The notes under the pieces are model-generated. The model searched no databases, was not told where the DNA came from, and worked only from the letters and a program-made list of their open reading frames with translations. Shown piece after piece: positions 53,365 to 62,798 of a stretch of DNA of 64,000 nt. Location of the stretch: assembly GCA_965224245.1 (NCBI GenBank), contig OZ245046.1:5376001-5440000 (forward strand). The letters are read 5' to 3'. This DNA comes from Candidatus Eiseniibacteriota bacterium. GTDB taxonomy: Bacteria; Eisenbacteria; RBG-16-71-46; CAZAMP01. Both the position numbers and the translations under genes were made by a program. Every line of letters begins with the position of its first letter. The first letter of the stretch is position 1.

Positions 53365-54000
53365 ATGAAGCGACTCGCAATGTGTCTGGCCACGTTGATG
53401 ATTCCGGCCGCGTCGTTCGCACAGGACGACGTCGACGCGAACATGAACGTGTTCATTACGCTGCCGAGTTACGCAGGTTGCGGCGATCCCGCCTTCGAGG
53501 CGATCGATGCCGGTACCTGTGCGGACCTCGTCAGCTCTCCCTCCGGTGGACCCGGCTTCCTCTGGGTCGTGTCCAGCCGTGAGGGCGGCTACCCCGACGG
53601 TATCGGGGGCGCGCAGTTCGGCCTGAACCACGATCTCGGCGGCGGCCAGTCGTGGACCCTCTGCACGGGCGGTTCCGAGATTCCTGAGCCGGGCTTCCCG
53701 GACTCGGGTACCGGCAACGCCGTGACGTGGGCTGGCGGTTGCTACAATCCCGCCGGTTCGGCCGCGCGCGTCGGCTTCATCTCGGTCGCGCTCGACGCTG
53801 CCGGCAGCCTCGCCGTCACGGGCGATCCTCGCATCGGCGAGGCCGTGTATGCGGACTGCTCCGCGTTGCTGTACCGCATCTGCGACCGGAACCTCGGTGG
53901 TGCGGATCTCGCCAGTGGTACGAACCCGATCTGCGGGGACAACTGCGAGAGCACGCCGGTCCAGGAGACCAGCTGGGGTGCGATCAAGTCGCTCTTCTAA
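53365..54000 (+). CDS. Secreted Cys-rich hypothetical protein with C-terminal TPV..TSWG.IK..F motif
   Basis: GGAGG RBS, signal peptide MKRLAMCLATLMIPAASFA, terminal CESTPVQETSWGAIKSLF, TAA stop, own terminator. Confidence 0.85.
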   Translation: MKRLAMCLATLMIPAASFAQDDVDANMNVFITLPSYAGCGDPAFEAIDAGTCADLVSSPSGGPGFLWVVSSREGGYPDGIGGAQFGLNHDLGGGQSWTLCTGGSEIPEPGFPDSGTGNAVTWAGGCYNPAGSAARVGFISVALDAAGSLAVTGDPRIGEAVYADCSALLYRICDRNLGGADLASGTNPICGDNCESTPVQETSWGAIKSLF

Positions 54001-54024
54001 GACGACTTGTGACAGTGATCGTTC

Positions 54025-54057
54025 GGCCGGTGGTGCTTCGGCACCACCGGCCTTCTT
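54025..54057 (+). terminator. Rho-independent terminator
   Basis: GGCCGGTGGTGC-TTCG-GCACCACCGGCC-TTCTT: 12-bp stem with cUUCGg loop. Confidence 0.85.
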
Positions 54058-54265
54058 GATTCCCACCTGATCTCATCGCTTGCCGGGCCCCCGACGCCCC
54101 GGTCACCCACTTCCCGGTCCGGCACCGCACCGGCGGTCATCGGCCACCGAGGCTCCTCTTCACGCCCCCGAGGGGGAAGTCGCCACACATCCTGCAATCC
54201 CCCATCCTCGGGATGGACTCCGTAGCGTGCTTTCCGACCTTCCGCTTGGCCGGCTCCGGCATCGC

Positions 54266-54281
54266 TGGCACGAGGACTGCA
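54266..54281 (+). promoter_or_regulatory. Sigma54 -24/-12 promoter candidate
   Basis: TGGCACGAGGACTGCA versus consensus TGGCACG-N4-TTGCW, exact GG-N10-GC spacing; ~95 bp before ATG 54375. Confidence 0.6.
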
Positions 54282-54374
54282 ATCGAAGTCGGCCGTGCTT
54301 CGGGCTCAACCCCGGAGCGAGCCCGACGAGAACGAAGACGATGGCTCTCCGGAGCGCCAACCAAGGATGCCGCC

Positions 54375-55205
54375 ATGACGATCTCGACACTCACGAACGC
54401 CGGTCTCACCGTCACCATGCTCGCCGCCCTCACGATGGTCGGGTGCGGCAAGGACGGCGACCCCACGAGCGCCGAGACCGAGGCCCCCGCGCTTCCCCCG
54501 GTCCGGACCATGCAGTTCGACTTCAGCTTCTTCGACGACGGCGCCGGAGCGCGCGAGGCGCTGTCCCGCGAGAGTGATACCGACCTCGCCCAGCTGAACT
54601 GGCTGAATGCCGCCGCTCGCGTGGGCTTGATCAACGTGGCCGTGGTCACCGCGCTGACGCCGCCATCCGCCGCATTCGCCCTGGCCATCCACGAGGAGCC
54701 GGTGCTGCAGGAAGACGAGTCGTTCCTGTGGTCCTACCAGTGGAGCGACGGCCAGGGCGCCGAGGCTCGCATCGATCTGACCGGTCGGATCGACGGCGTG
54801 CACGTGGACTGGGAGCTCGCGGTCACGTCCAACGAGATGGTCCCGCCGGTCGAGAACGCCGTGTGGTTCCACGGTCGCTCGAGCGTGATCGAGGACGCCG
54901 GCTACTGGATCTTCACCGACCTCGCCGGCACCGACGTCGCTCGCGTCGAGTGGGTCGCCGAGGAATCGCTCTCGTTCGAGAACATCGAGGTGGACGGCGC
55001 CGACCTGGGCGATCACCTCGAGTACCACGTCGACGGCACCGACATCTCGGTGAGCTGGCACGACGAGTCCGAGGCTGTGGACGCCGTCATCCAGTGGAGC
55101 ACGTCCACCGGCGCCGGGAACCTCACCGTCCCCGACTACAACGACGGTCAGACCGCCTGCTGGGACGAGCAGCAGATGGACGTGGACTGCGACCCCGTCC
55201 TCTAG
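54375..55205 (+). CDS. Hypothetical lipoprotein (acidic, beta-rich)
   Basis: Lipobox TMVGC; AAGGA RBS before ATG 54375. Confidence 0.75.
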   Translation: MTISTLTNAGLTVTMLAALTMVGCGKDGDPTSAETEAPALPPVRTMQFDFSFFDDGAGAREALSRESDTDLAQLNWLNAAARVGLINVAVVTALTPPSAAFALAIHEEPVLQEDESFLWSYQWSDGQGAEARIDLTGRIDGVHVDWELAVTSNEMVPPVENAVWFHGRSSVIEDAGYWIFTDLAGTDVARVEWVAEESLSFENIEVDGADLGDHLEYHVDGTDISVSWHDESEAVDAVIQWSTSTGAGNLTVPDYNDGQTACWDEQQMDVDCDPVL

Positions 55206-55260
55206 TGGGCCGGCACCCGTGGGGGTGTGAGCGCCGGACGGGCCTCGGACCGGCGTCCGG

Positions 55261-56289
55261 TCACGGCCGTTCGCGGATCTCGATGTGTCCGCTCTCGGTC
55301 GCGACGCGGATCCGTCCGTCGCCTGCCCCCAGACGACCGGCCACCCCGTGAGCATCCTCGTGCACGTCGTCGGCGCCGGGGAGATCCACGTCGATCCCGC
55401 CGTCCTCGGACTCCAGGGTGAAGCGCGCGTTCAGCTCCCCGGGGACGCGGATCCGGACGTCGCCGTCATCGGTTCGGAGATCCCAGTCGATCGGACCGGC
55501 GTCGGCCAGCTCGAGGTCGAGGTCGCCGTCCTCGGTGCGAATGCGGCACGCCGAGGCGGCGACGGCGTCGAAGCGGACGTGTCCGTCGTCGGTGAGGACC
55601 TCGAACTCGCCGCGGCTCTCGTCGACCCGCACGTTGCCGTCGTGCGCCGACAACCCGATGCGATCGCACTCGGCGTGTGCGATGCGGATCTCGCCGTCGT
55701 CCGAGCTCACGCGGAGCTCGCCCGACAGACCGTCGATGCTCACGTCGCCGTCTCCCGTCGTCACGTGCGTCAGATCCGCCGCTATGTCGGTGAGTGCGAT
55801 CCGGCCGTCGTCGGTCGTGCATGCGATGTCGGCTCTCCAGCGTTCGATCGTGACGTCGCCGTCGTCGCCCTCGAACGACAGCGTCACCGTGGGCGGGGCC
55901 TTGATCGTGTAGCGGTACACGAGCCGGTTCATGATCCGGATACCGAACCTCATCGAGAAGTCGTTCTCCTCGCGCACGCGGATCACGTTCCCGTTCTGCT
56001 CGAAGCGGACCTCGAAGCGGCGCGAGTCTCCCACGCCGAGGCCCTTGGCCTCGGTTCGGTACTCCACGTCGATGACGACCTCGTCACCGTCGCTCGCGCG
56101 GACCTCGACGTCGCCGTCGCCGTGCGAGAGCTCGAGCCGGGTCTCGGCGGTGGCCGGGAAACGCTCGTGGTACTCGCGCTCGATCAGCTCGGCGCGGGCG
56201 GCCGACGTGGCGAGCACGGCGGCCAGAGCCCCCAGGGCGACCGCGATCGTGCCAGCGCGGACGGCACGTGCACGTACGTTCGACTTCAT
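55261..56289 (-). CDS. DUF4097-like beta-strand-repeat (putative adhesin) protein
   Basis: Signal peptide from ATG 56289; repeated xDGD[VI] units (HGDGDV, GDDGDV, TGDGDV, TEDGDL, TDDGDV). Confidence 0.8.
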   Translation of the reverse strand: MKSNVRARAVRAGTIAVALGALAAVLATSAARAELIEREYHERFPATAETRLELSHGDGDVEVRASDGDEVVIDVEYRTEAKGLGVGDSRRFEVRFEQNGNVIRVREENDFSMRFGIRIMNRLVYRYTIKAPPTVTLSFEGDDGDVTIERWRADIACTTDDGRIALTDIAADLTHVTTGDGDVSIDGLSGELRVSSDDGEIRIAHAECDRIGLSAHDGNVRVDESRGEFEVLTDDGHVRFDAVAASACRIRTEDGDLDLELADAGPIDWDLRTDDGDVRIRVPGELNARFTLESEDGGIDVDLPGADDVHEDAHGVAGRLGAGDGRIRVATESGHIEIRERP

Positions 56290-56398
56290 GCTGGCATCTC
56301 CCTCGGCTCGGGCGCGCGCGTGGGCGCGGCCGCGGGGTGATCGACGAGCGCGGCGACCATCGGCGCCGCTCGTCGGGTCGGTCCGGGTAGATGGGCCA

Positions 56399-57712
56399 TC
56401 ACCCGAGGCGGGCCGGGATGATTGCGGCCAGCGTCGGGTGTCCGATCTCCTGGAGCTCGTATCGCACACGAAGAGACGGCTTGTCGATCTGGATCAGCCG
56501 TCCCAGGTCGATCGGCGTCCCGATGATCACGAGGTCGACCGGCGCCCGCGCGATCGTCTCGGTCAGCTCGCGCACCTGATCCGCGCCGTAGCCCATTGCG
56601 GGCAGCACGGCTCCAGTGGTCGGGTACTTCTCGAACGTGGCCGCGATCGATCCCACCGCGTAGGGCCTCGGGTCGAGGATCTCGGCCGCCCCGTGTCGTC
56701 GCGCGGCGACCCATCCCGCGCCGTAGGCCATCTCGCCGTGCGTCAGCGTCGGTCCGTCCTCGACCACGAGCACCCGCTTGCCCCGGATGGCGTCTCCGCC
56801 GTCGACATGCAGCGGGCTCGCCGCGTCGACGAGCACCGCATCGGGGTTCAGCGCCATCGCCGTCTCGCGGGTGGCCTCGATCCCGGCCAGGTCGGCGGTG
56901 TCGATCTTGTTGACCACGATGACGTCGGCCAGCCGGACGTTGCTCTGACCCGGATAGTACCGCCGCGAGTGCCCCGGCCGGTGCGGATCCACCACCGTGA
57001 TCATCAGGTCGGGTCGGTAGAACGGCATGTCGTTGTTTCCGCCGTCCCAGATCACGACGTCCGCTTCCTTCTCGGCCTCGCGGAGGATGCGCTCGTAGTC
57101 GACGCCGGCGAACACGATGCGGCCCGCGTCGAGGTGGGGCTCGTACTCCTCGCGCTCCTCGATCGTCACGTCGTGCGTCACGAGGTCGTCGTGGGTGGCG
57201 AACCGTTGCACGGCCTGCGCCGCGAGGTCCCCGTACGGCATCGGATGCCTCACCACGGCCACGCGCTTGCCCATGTCGGCCAGGATCGCGGCCACGCGCC
57301 GGCTGGTCTGGCTCTTTCCGCAACCGGTACGCGATGCACAGACCGCCACCACCGGCTTGGTGGACGACAGCCAGGTGTGGCGCGCGCTCAACAGAACGAA
57401 GTTGGCTCCGAGCGCGAGGCACTCGGCGGCCAGGCCCATCACGTGGTCGTTCGTCACGTCACTGTAGCTGAACGCACAGAGGTCGATCTCGTGCTCGCGA
57501 ACCAGACGCGCCAGCTCGCTCTCGGACTCGATGGGGATGCCGTCGGGGTAGCGGGGACCGGCCAGCTCCGCGGGGTAGCGCCGGCCGTCGATGTCCGGAA
57601 TCTGAGTGGCTGTGAACGCGACGACCTCGAAGTCGTCCCGATCGCGGAAGTACACGTTGAAGTTGTGAAAATCCCGGCCGGCCGCGCCGAGAATGAGTAC
57701 GCGCTTCGACAC
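56399..57712 (-). CDS. Cyclic-2,3-diphosphoglycerate-synthetase-like P-loop ATPase; arginine synthetase (ArcE) family candidate
   Basis: ILGAAGRDFHNFN, AFTATQIPDI, RTGCGKSQT, RHPMPYG, TIEEREEYEPH, WDGGNND, VEDGPTLTHG, PAMGY. Confidence 0.8.
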   Translation of the reverse strand: MSKRVLILGAAGRDFHNFNVYFRDRDDFEVVAFTATQIPDIDGRRYPAELAGPRYPDGIPIESESELARLVREHEIDLCAFSYSDVTNDHVMGLAAECLALGANFVLLSARHTWLSSTKPVVAVCASRTGCGKSQTSRRVAAILADMGKRVAVVRHPMPYGDLAAQAVQRFATHDDLVTHDVTIEEREEYEPHLDAGRIVFAGVDYERILREAEKEADVVIWDGGNNDMPFYRPDLMITVVDPHRPGHSRRYYPGQSNVRLADVIVVNKIDTADLAGIEATRETAMALNPDAVLVDAASPLHVDGGDAIRGKRVLVVEDGPTLTHGEMAYGAGWVAARRHGAAEILDPRPYAVGSIAATFEKYPTTGAVLPAMGYGADQVRELTETIARAPVDLVIIGTPIDLGRLIQIDKPSLRVRYELQEIGHPTLAAIIPARLG

Positions 57713-57942
57713 CTAAGACCTCCCGAGAGCGAGAATGTGCGCGGGGCGCGCGATGTGCGCCGGGCGCGCAACGCGCGCGAGGACGCGCCATGGATGAACG
57801 AGCGTACATGATAGCCACCGCGCCCGGCAGCGTCCGTCGTGGGTTTCCACTAGACCCTGGTGCGGGGCGTTCCTGGTGAAGTGGAAAGGCCCCGGCGCGG
57901 CTTGGGGGGGCCGCACCGGGCGAGGAGCGAGCGTGGGGGCGT

Positions 57943-59403
57943 CTAGAACTGGGCGGCCTCGGTCGAGGTCTCGAGCGCGAGGGTCGAGCACTCTCCACCG
58001 GAGATCACCTGATTGACGAGGTCGAAGTACCCGGTACCGACCTCGCGCTGGTGCCGGGTGGCGGTGTAGCCCCGGGCCTCCGAGTCGAACTCCGCCCGCT
58101 GCAGCTTCGAGTACGCGGTCATGCCGTCGGTCGCGTATCCGCGGGCCAGCTCGAACATACCGTGGTTGAGCTGGTGGAAACCGGCCAGGGTCACGAACTG
58201 GAACTTGTATCCCATCCGTCCCAGCTCGCGCTGGAAGGCGGCGATGGTCGCGTCGTCGAGGTTCTTCTGCCAGTTGAACGACGGCGAGCAGTTGTACGCC
58301 AGGAGCTTGCCGGGGAACCGGGCGTGGATCGCATCGGCGAACCGGCGCGCTTCTTCCAGACACGGCGTCGACGTCTCGCACCAGATCAGATCCGCATACG
58401 GCGCGTAGGCGAGCCCGCGCGCGATCGCGCACTCGAGCCCGCCGGTGATCCGGAAGAACCCCTCGGGCGTGCGCTCGCCGGTCAGGTACGGATGATCGCG
58501 CGGGTCCACGTCGCTGGTGATGAGCTGCGCGCTGTTCGCGTCCGTTCGCGCGATCACCAGCGTGGAGACGTCCATGACGTCGGCCGCGAGCCGGGCCGCG
58601 ATGAGCGTGTGCACGAACTGGCTCGTGGGCACGAGCACCTTGCCCCCGAGATGCCCGCACTTCTTCTCCGACGAGAGCTGATCCTCGAAGTGCACACCGG
58701 CCGCGCCGGCCTCGATCATCCCCTTCATGAGCTCGAAGACGTTCAGCGGTCCTCCGAAGCCGGCCTCGGCGTCCGCCACGATCGGGGCGAACCAGTCGCG
58801 ATCGGCCGGGTCCGGTGCCGTATCGGGCGATGCTCCGTTTCCGTTGAGGCGGGCGACCGCTTGGTGACTCTCGTTGCCGCCCTTGGTCGCGGGCGATCCG
58901 TCGAGCCCGCACGCGGCCTCGATGGCCTCGGCCGTCTCGATCTGATCGGCCCGCTCGAGGGCCTGGTTGATGCGCTTCACGAGCGCGGGGACCGAGTTCA
59001 CCGGGTAGAGACTCTGATCCGGGTACATGTTGCCCGACACGTTCGCGTCGGCGGCCACCTGCCAGCCGCTCACGTAGATGGCCTTCAGACCGGCGCGCAC
59101 CTGCTGCATCGCCTGGTTGCCGGTGACGGCGCCGAGCGCGTGTACGTAGTCGGTGGTGTGCATCAGGTCCCAGAGTCGCCGGGCGCCACGGTCGGCCAGC
59201 GTGTGCGCGATCCGGATCGACCCACGCAGCCGCTCGACGTCATCGGACGAGTACGGGCGCGTGACGCCGTCCCATCGGTTCGCGGCAGCCGGGATCGCCA
59301 CCGAACGCGACCTCGGTACCCGCCGGCCGGCGCCGCACGCGTTCGCGCGGACACGGACGTCTTCACGCTTGGGGCAATGCCCTTTCCCGTTCGATGCTGA
59401 CAT
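57943..59403 (-). CDS. aceA: Isocitrate lyase
   Basis: [61 protein letters not shown] before ATG 59403. Confidence 0.96.
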   Translation of the reverse strand: MSASNGKGHCPKREDVRVRANACGAGRRVPRSRSVAIPAAANRWDGVTRPYSSDDVERLRGSIRIAHTLADRGARRLWDLMHTTDYVHALGAVTGNQAMQQVRAGLKAIYVSGWQVAADANVSGNMYPDQSLYPVNSVPALVKRINQALERADQIETAEAIEAACGLDGSPATKGGNESHQAVARLNGNGASPDTAPDPADRDWFAPIVADAEAGFGGPLNVFELMKGMIEAGAAGVHFEDQLSSEKKCGHLGGKVLVPTSQFVHTLIAARLAADVMDVSTLVIARTDANSAQLITSDVDPRDHPYLTGERTPEGFFRITGGLECAIARGLAYAPYADLIWCETSTPCLEEARRFADAIHARFPGKLLAYNCSPSFNWQKNLDDATIAAFQRELGRMGYKFQFVTLAGFHQLNHGMFELARGYATDGMTAYSKLQRAEFDSEARGYTATRHQREVGTGYFDLVNQVISGGECSTLALETSTEAAQF

Positions 59404-59481
59404 GGTGCTGCTCCTCGTGATGCGATGGCCGTCGGTGTCGAACCCGTTCAACCTCAGTGGATGTCCTCGTGTCGCGTCTCC

Positions 59482-61083
59482 TCAACCGCCGGTACCGAGC
59501 TGGTCGTACGCGGCGAGCGTCAAGAAGGGAGCGAGGTCGCGTGCGGTCGCGATCTCGCGAAAGAGGGCCTTGGCGACCTCGAATCGCCCATCTCGCCACC
59601 CGTCGCGACCCAGGCGGTCTGCCAGGGCGACCGTCTCGTCGTGGACGATGTCGTCGATCAGCTCGGGGGTGACGGTGCGGCCGCAGGCCAGCGTGATCCC
59701 GTGACGGCACCACTGCCAGATCTGGGCCCGCGAGATCTCGGCGGTCGCGGCGTCCTCCATCAGGTGATAGAGCGGCACACACCCGTTGCCGCCGAGCCAT
59801 GCCGCGAGGTACTGGATGCCGACGCGGACGTTCAGTCGCAGTCCGTCTTCGGTGGTCGTGCCGATGGGGACGCGTAGCAGATCGTCTCGCGTCACCTGGA
59901 CGTCGCCGCGTCGGACGTGCAGCTGGTTGTCACCGGTGACGACCTCGCGGAAGATCCGGCGGGCGACGTCGACCAGACCGGGGTGCGCAACCCACGTGCC
60001 GTCGTGTCCGTCCTCGGCCTCACGACGCTTGTCCGCCTCGACCTTCGCGATCGCGCGGGCATTCGCCTCGGGATCGTCCTTTATCGGGATCTGCGCCGCC
60101 ATCCCGCCGATGGCCGGCGCCCCCCGACGATGGCAGGTCTTGACCACGAGCTGCGTGTAGGCGCGCATGCACGGCTGCGTCATCGACACCTGCGACCGAT
60201 CCGGCAGCACGGCGTCCGGCTCACCGGCCCGCGTCTTGATGTAGCTGAAGATGTAGTCCCACCGGCCGCAGTTGAGCCCGGCCGAGTGATCGCGCAGCTC
60301 GTACAGGATCTCGTCCATGCAGAACGCCGCGGGGAGGGTCTCGATGAGCACCGTCGCCTTGAACGTCCCCACCGGGATGCCGAGCCACTTCTGGGCGAAC
60401 ACGAAGACGTCGTTCCAGAGCCGGGCCTCCAGGTAGTGCTCGAGCTTCGGCAGGTAGAAGTACGGAGCGCTGCCGTGCTCCAGCAGTGCGTGTGCGTCGT
60501 GGAACACGAACAGGCCGAAGTCGAACAGCGCGGCCGGGATCGGCCGTCCGTCCACGAGCACGTGTCGCTCGACCAGGTGCCAGCCACGAGGGCGCACCAT
60601 GAGTGTGGCCGGGGAGGGACCGAGCCGGTAGTGCTTGTCGCGCACGGCGTCGTGGTACTCGATGGTGCCCCGGACGGCGTCGTGGAGGTTCTGTTGACCC
60701 TCCACCATGTTGGACCAGGTCGGCGCGCTGGAGTCCTCGAAGTCCGCCATGAAGCAATCCGCACCGGAGTTGAGCGCGTTGATGATCATCTTGCGATCCA
60801 CGGGACCGGTGATCTCGACGAGCCGGCACGCGAGATCGCGCGGAAGGGGTGCGATCGTCCAGTCCGACTCGCGCACGTGCGCGGTCTCGGCGGGGAAGTC
60901 CAGCCGATCCGCGCCGTCGCGCTCACGTGCGTCGAGCCGCTCGCGAACCCGGGGGGCGAAACGCACGGCGAGCTCGGCCAGGAAGGCCAGGGCCCGGGGG
61001 GTCAGGATCCGGTCGTAACCCGGCTCGAGCGGGCCTCGAACCTCGACGTCGGCGGCGGTCGCGCCGCGGTGGGTGTCGCGCAT
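59482..61083 (-). CDS. aceB: Malate synthase A
   Basis: VEITGP, MADFEDS, RPRGWHL, YLPKLE, LNCGRWDYIFS, LMEDAATAEISR. Confidence 0.96.
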   Translation of the reverse strand: MRDTHRGATAADVEVRGPLEPGYDRILTPRALAFLAELAVRFAPRVRERLDARERDGADRLDFPAETAHVRESDWTIAPLPRDLACRLVEITGPVDRKMIINALNSGADCFMADFEDSSAPTWSNMVEGQQNLHDAVRGTIEYHDAVRDKHYRLGPSPATLMVRPRGWHLVERHVLVDGRPIPAALFDFGLFVFHDAHALLEHGSAPYFYLPKLEHYLEARLWNDVFVFAQKWLGIPVGTFKATVLIETLPAAFCMDEILYELRDHSAGLNCGRWDYIFSYIKTRAGEPDAVLPDRSQVSMTQPCMRAYTQLVVKTCHRRGAPAIGGMAAQIPIKDDPEANARAIAKVEADKRREAEDGHDGTWVAHPGLVDVARRIFREVVTGDNQLHVRRGDVQVTRDDLLRVPIGTTTEDGLRLNVRVGIQYLAAWLGGNGCVPLYHLMEDAATAEISRAQIWQWCRHGITLACGRTVTPELIDDIVHDETVALADRLGRDGWRDGRFEVAKALFREIATARDLAPFLTLAAYDQLGTGG

Positions 61084-61129
61084 GGGGTGCAGAGTCTCCG
61101 GTGTCTGGCCGTTCGTTGATGTCGTGACT

Positions 61130-61245
61130 ACGTTACAAACGATAATTCAGGAATCGCAATTTGGTCAATAACTGCTTCGAAATCAATGTGTTAATGAGTT
61201 GAAACAAGTCGATACAGTGGTGTAAAATCGTCAAAACTGTAAATA
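61130..61245. promoter_or_regulatory. AT-rich divergent control region with candidate RamB/ScfR boxes
   Basis: GTTACAAA at 61132 and TGTAAA/GTCAAA/TGTAAA at 61221, 61230, 61238; similar to the TTTGCAAA-type sites known for this family. Confidence 0.45.
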
Positions 61246-61259
61246 TCCTGGAGGTATCG

Positions 61260-62747
61260 ATGGCTGCCAGACGCCGTCTGGGTCGCAAGGTGCGGGCGGC
61301 CCGGCTCGAGCGCGGACTGACCCAGGCCGCGCTGGCCGAGCGGGTGGGAATCTCGCCGAGCTACCTGAACCTGATCGAGCACGATCGGCGCAACCTGTCC
61401 GCGCCGCTCCTGGTCGCGATTGCCCGCGAGCTGGAGCTGAACCTGGACGCGCTCGACGAGCGCGTGGAGACGCGACTCGCCGCCGATCTGAACGAGGTGT
61501 TCAGTGATCCCCTCTTCGAGTCGTTCTCGATTCCCGCGGCCGACGTCGAGGACTTCGTGACCTCGGCGCCCGGCGCCGCGCGGGCTGTCCGTCAGCTCTA
61601 CGAGTCGTATCGATCCGCACGCAGCTCGGCGGACACGCTGGCCGCGAGCGCGGCCGAGCGACACGAGCTGGGGGAAGGAGGGCGCGCGCTCCCGTACCCG
61701 GACGAGGCATCGGACTTCATCCAGCACCACGGAAACTACTTCCCCGAGCTGGAGGAGGCGGCCGAGCGGATCTGGGTCGACGCGCACCTCACGGTGGGCG
61801 ACGACTTCTTCCGCGCGCTCGCCGACTACCTCGCCGACCGCCACGGCGTCACCGTGCGCATCCGCAAGGTCGGCGAGGTGCGCGGCGCGCTCCGGGTCTA
61901 CGATCGCGCGCGCCGCGAGCTGATTCTCTCCGAGGCGCTTCGCCGAGGGTCACGGAACTTCCAGCTCGCGCATCAGATCGGTCTCCTGAACGGATCGGAG
62001 GTACTGGATCGGCTCGTGGCCGATCCGGAGCTCACGTCGGACATCTCGCGGGCGCTGGCGCGCGTCTCGCTCGCGAGCTATTTCGCGGGCGCGGTTCTGA
62101 TGCCGTACGACCGGTTCCTGAAGGCCGCCATCGCCGAGCGCTACGACATCGATCTCCTCGGCCATCGCTTCCGATCCAGCTTCGAGCAGGTGTGTCACCG
62201 GCTCACCACGCTTCGGAGACCCTCGGCCGAGGGGGTTCCGTTCCACTTCCTGCGGATCGACATCGCCGGCAACGTCAGCAAGCGGTTCAGCGCCGACGGG
62301 ATTCGATTCCCGCGCTTCAGCGGGCTGTGTCCCCTGTGGCCCGTTCACGGGGCGTTCCTGAGGCCGGGCATGATGCGGCCCCAGCTCTCGCGCCTGCCCG
62401 ACGGCACGACGTTCTTCACGGTGGCCCGCACCGTGCGCAAGCACCGGGGAGGCTACCATGCGCCGAACGTGCTCTTCGCCATCGGGCTCGGGTGCGACGT
62501 GGCCCACGCGCCCAGGCTCGTGTACGCCGACGGAATCGATCTGACCCACTTGGAAGCCGCGGTCCCGGTTGGTATGACGTGTCGGGCATGCGAGCGTGTC
62601 GACTGCGCGGCGCGGGCGTTTCCATCGCTTCAGAGGCCGATCGAAGTGGATGAGGACGTGCGCGGGGTGTCATTCTATGCGCCCGTGACGGATCCCGAAG
62701 ACGACGCGCGCGAGCGCGGCGGTCCCGGTCCCCGGGCGCGACGATGA
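61260..62747 (+). CDS. ramB: Short-chain fatty acyl-CoA regulator (ScfR/RamB family, XRE HTH)
   Basis: LTQAALAERVGISPSYLNLIEHDRR, FQLAHQIG, EQVCHRLTTL, DIAGNVSKRFS, C-terminal CRACERVDC; divergent from aceBA. Confidence 0.88.
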   Translation: MAARRRLGRKVRAARLERGLTQAALAERVGISPSYLNLIEHDRRNLSAPLLVAIARELELNLDALDERVETRLAADLNEVFSDPLFESFSIPAADVEDFVTSAPGAARAVRQLYESYRSARSSADTLAASAAERHELGEGGRALPYPDEASDFIQHHGNYFPELEEAAERIWVDAHLTVGDDFFRALADYLADRHGVTVRIRKVGEVRGALRVYDRARRELILSEALRRGSRNFQLAHQIGLLNGSEVLDRLVADPELTSDISRALARVSLASYFAGAVLMPYDRFLKAAIAERYDIDLLGHRFRSSFEQVCHRLTTLRRPSAEGVPFHFLRIDIAGNVSKRFSADGIRFPRFSGLCPLWPVHGAFLRPGMMRPQLSRLPDGTTFFTVARTVRKHRGGYHAPNVLFAIGLGCDVAHAPRLVYADGIDLTHLEAAVPVGMTCRACERVDCAARAFPSLQRPIEVDEDVRGVSFYAPVTDPEDDARERGGPGPRARR

Positions 62748-62798
62748 CGCGACGCGTCCGGGCCGCGTGACCGACATCGACTCGAGAAGGAGTGGCGC

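Noticed and set aside
57943-62747. aceBA-ramB cluster as a novel system
   Set aside because: Glyoxylate shunt under a RamB/ScfR regulator is an established arrangement.
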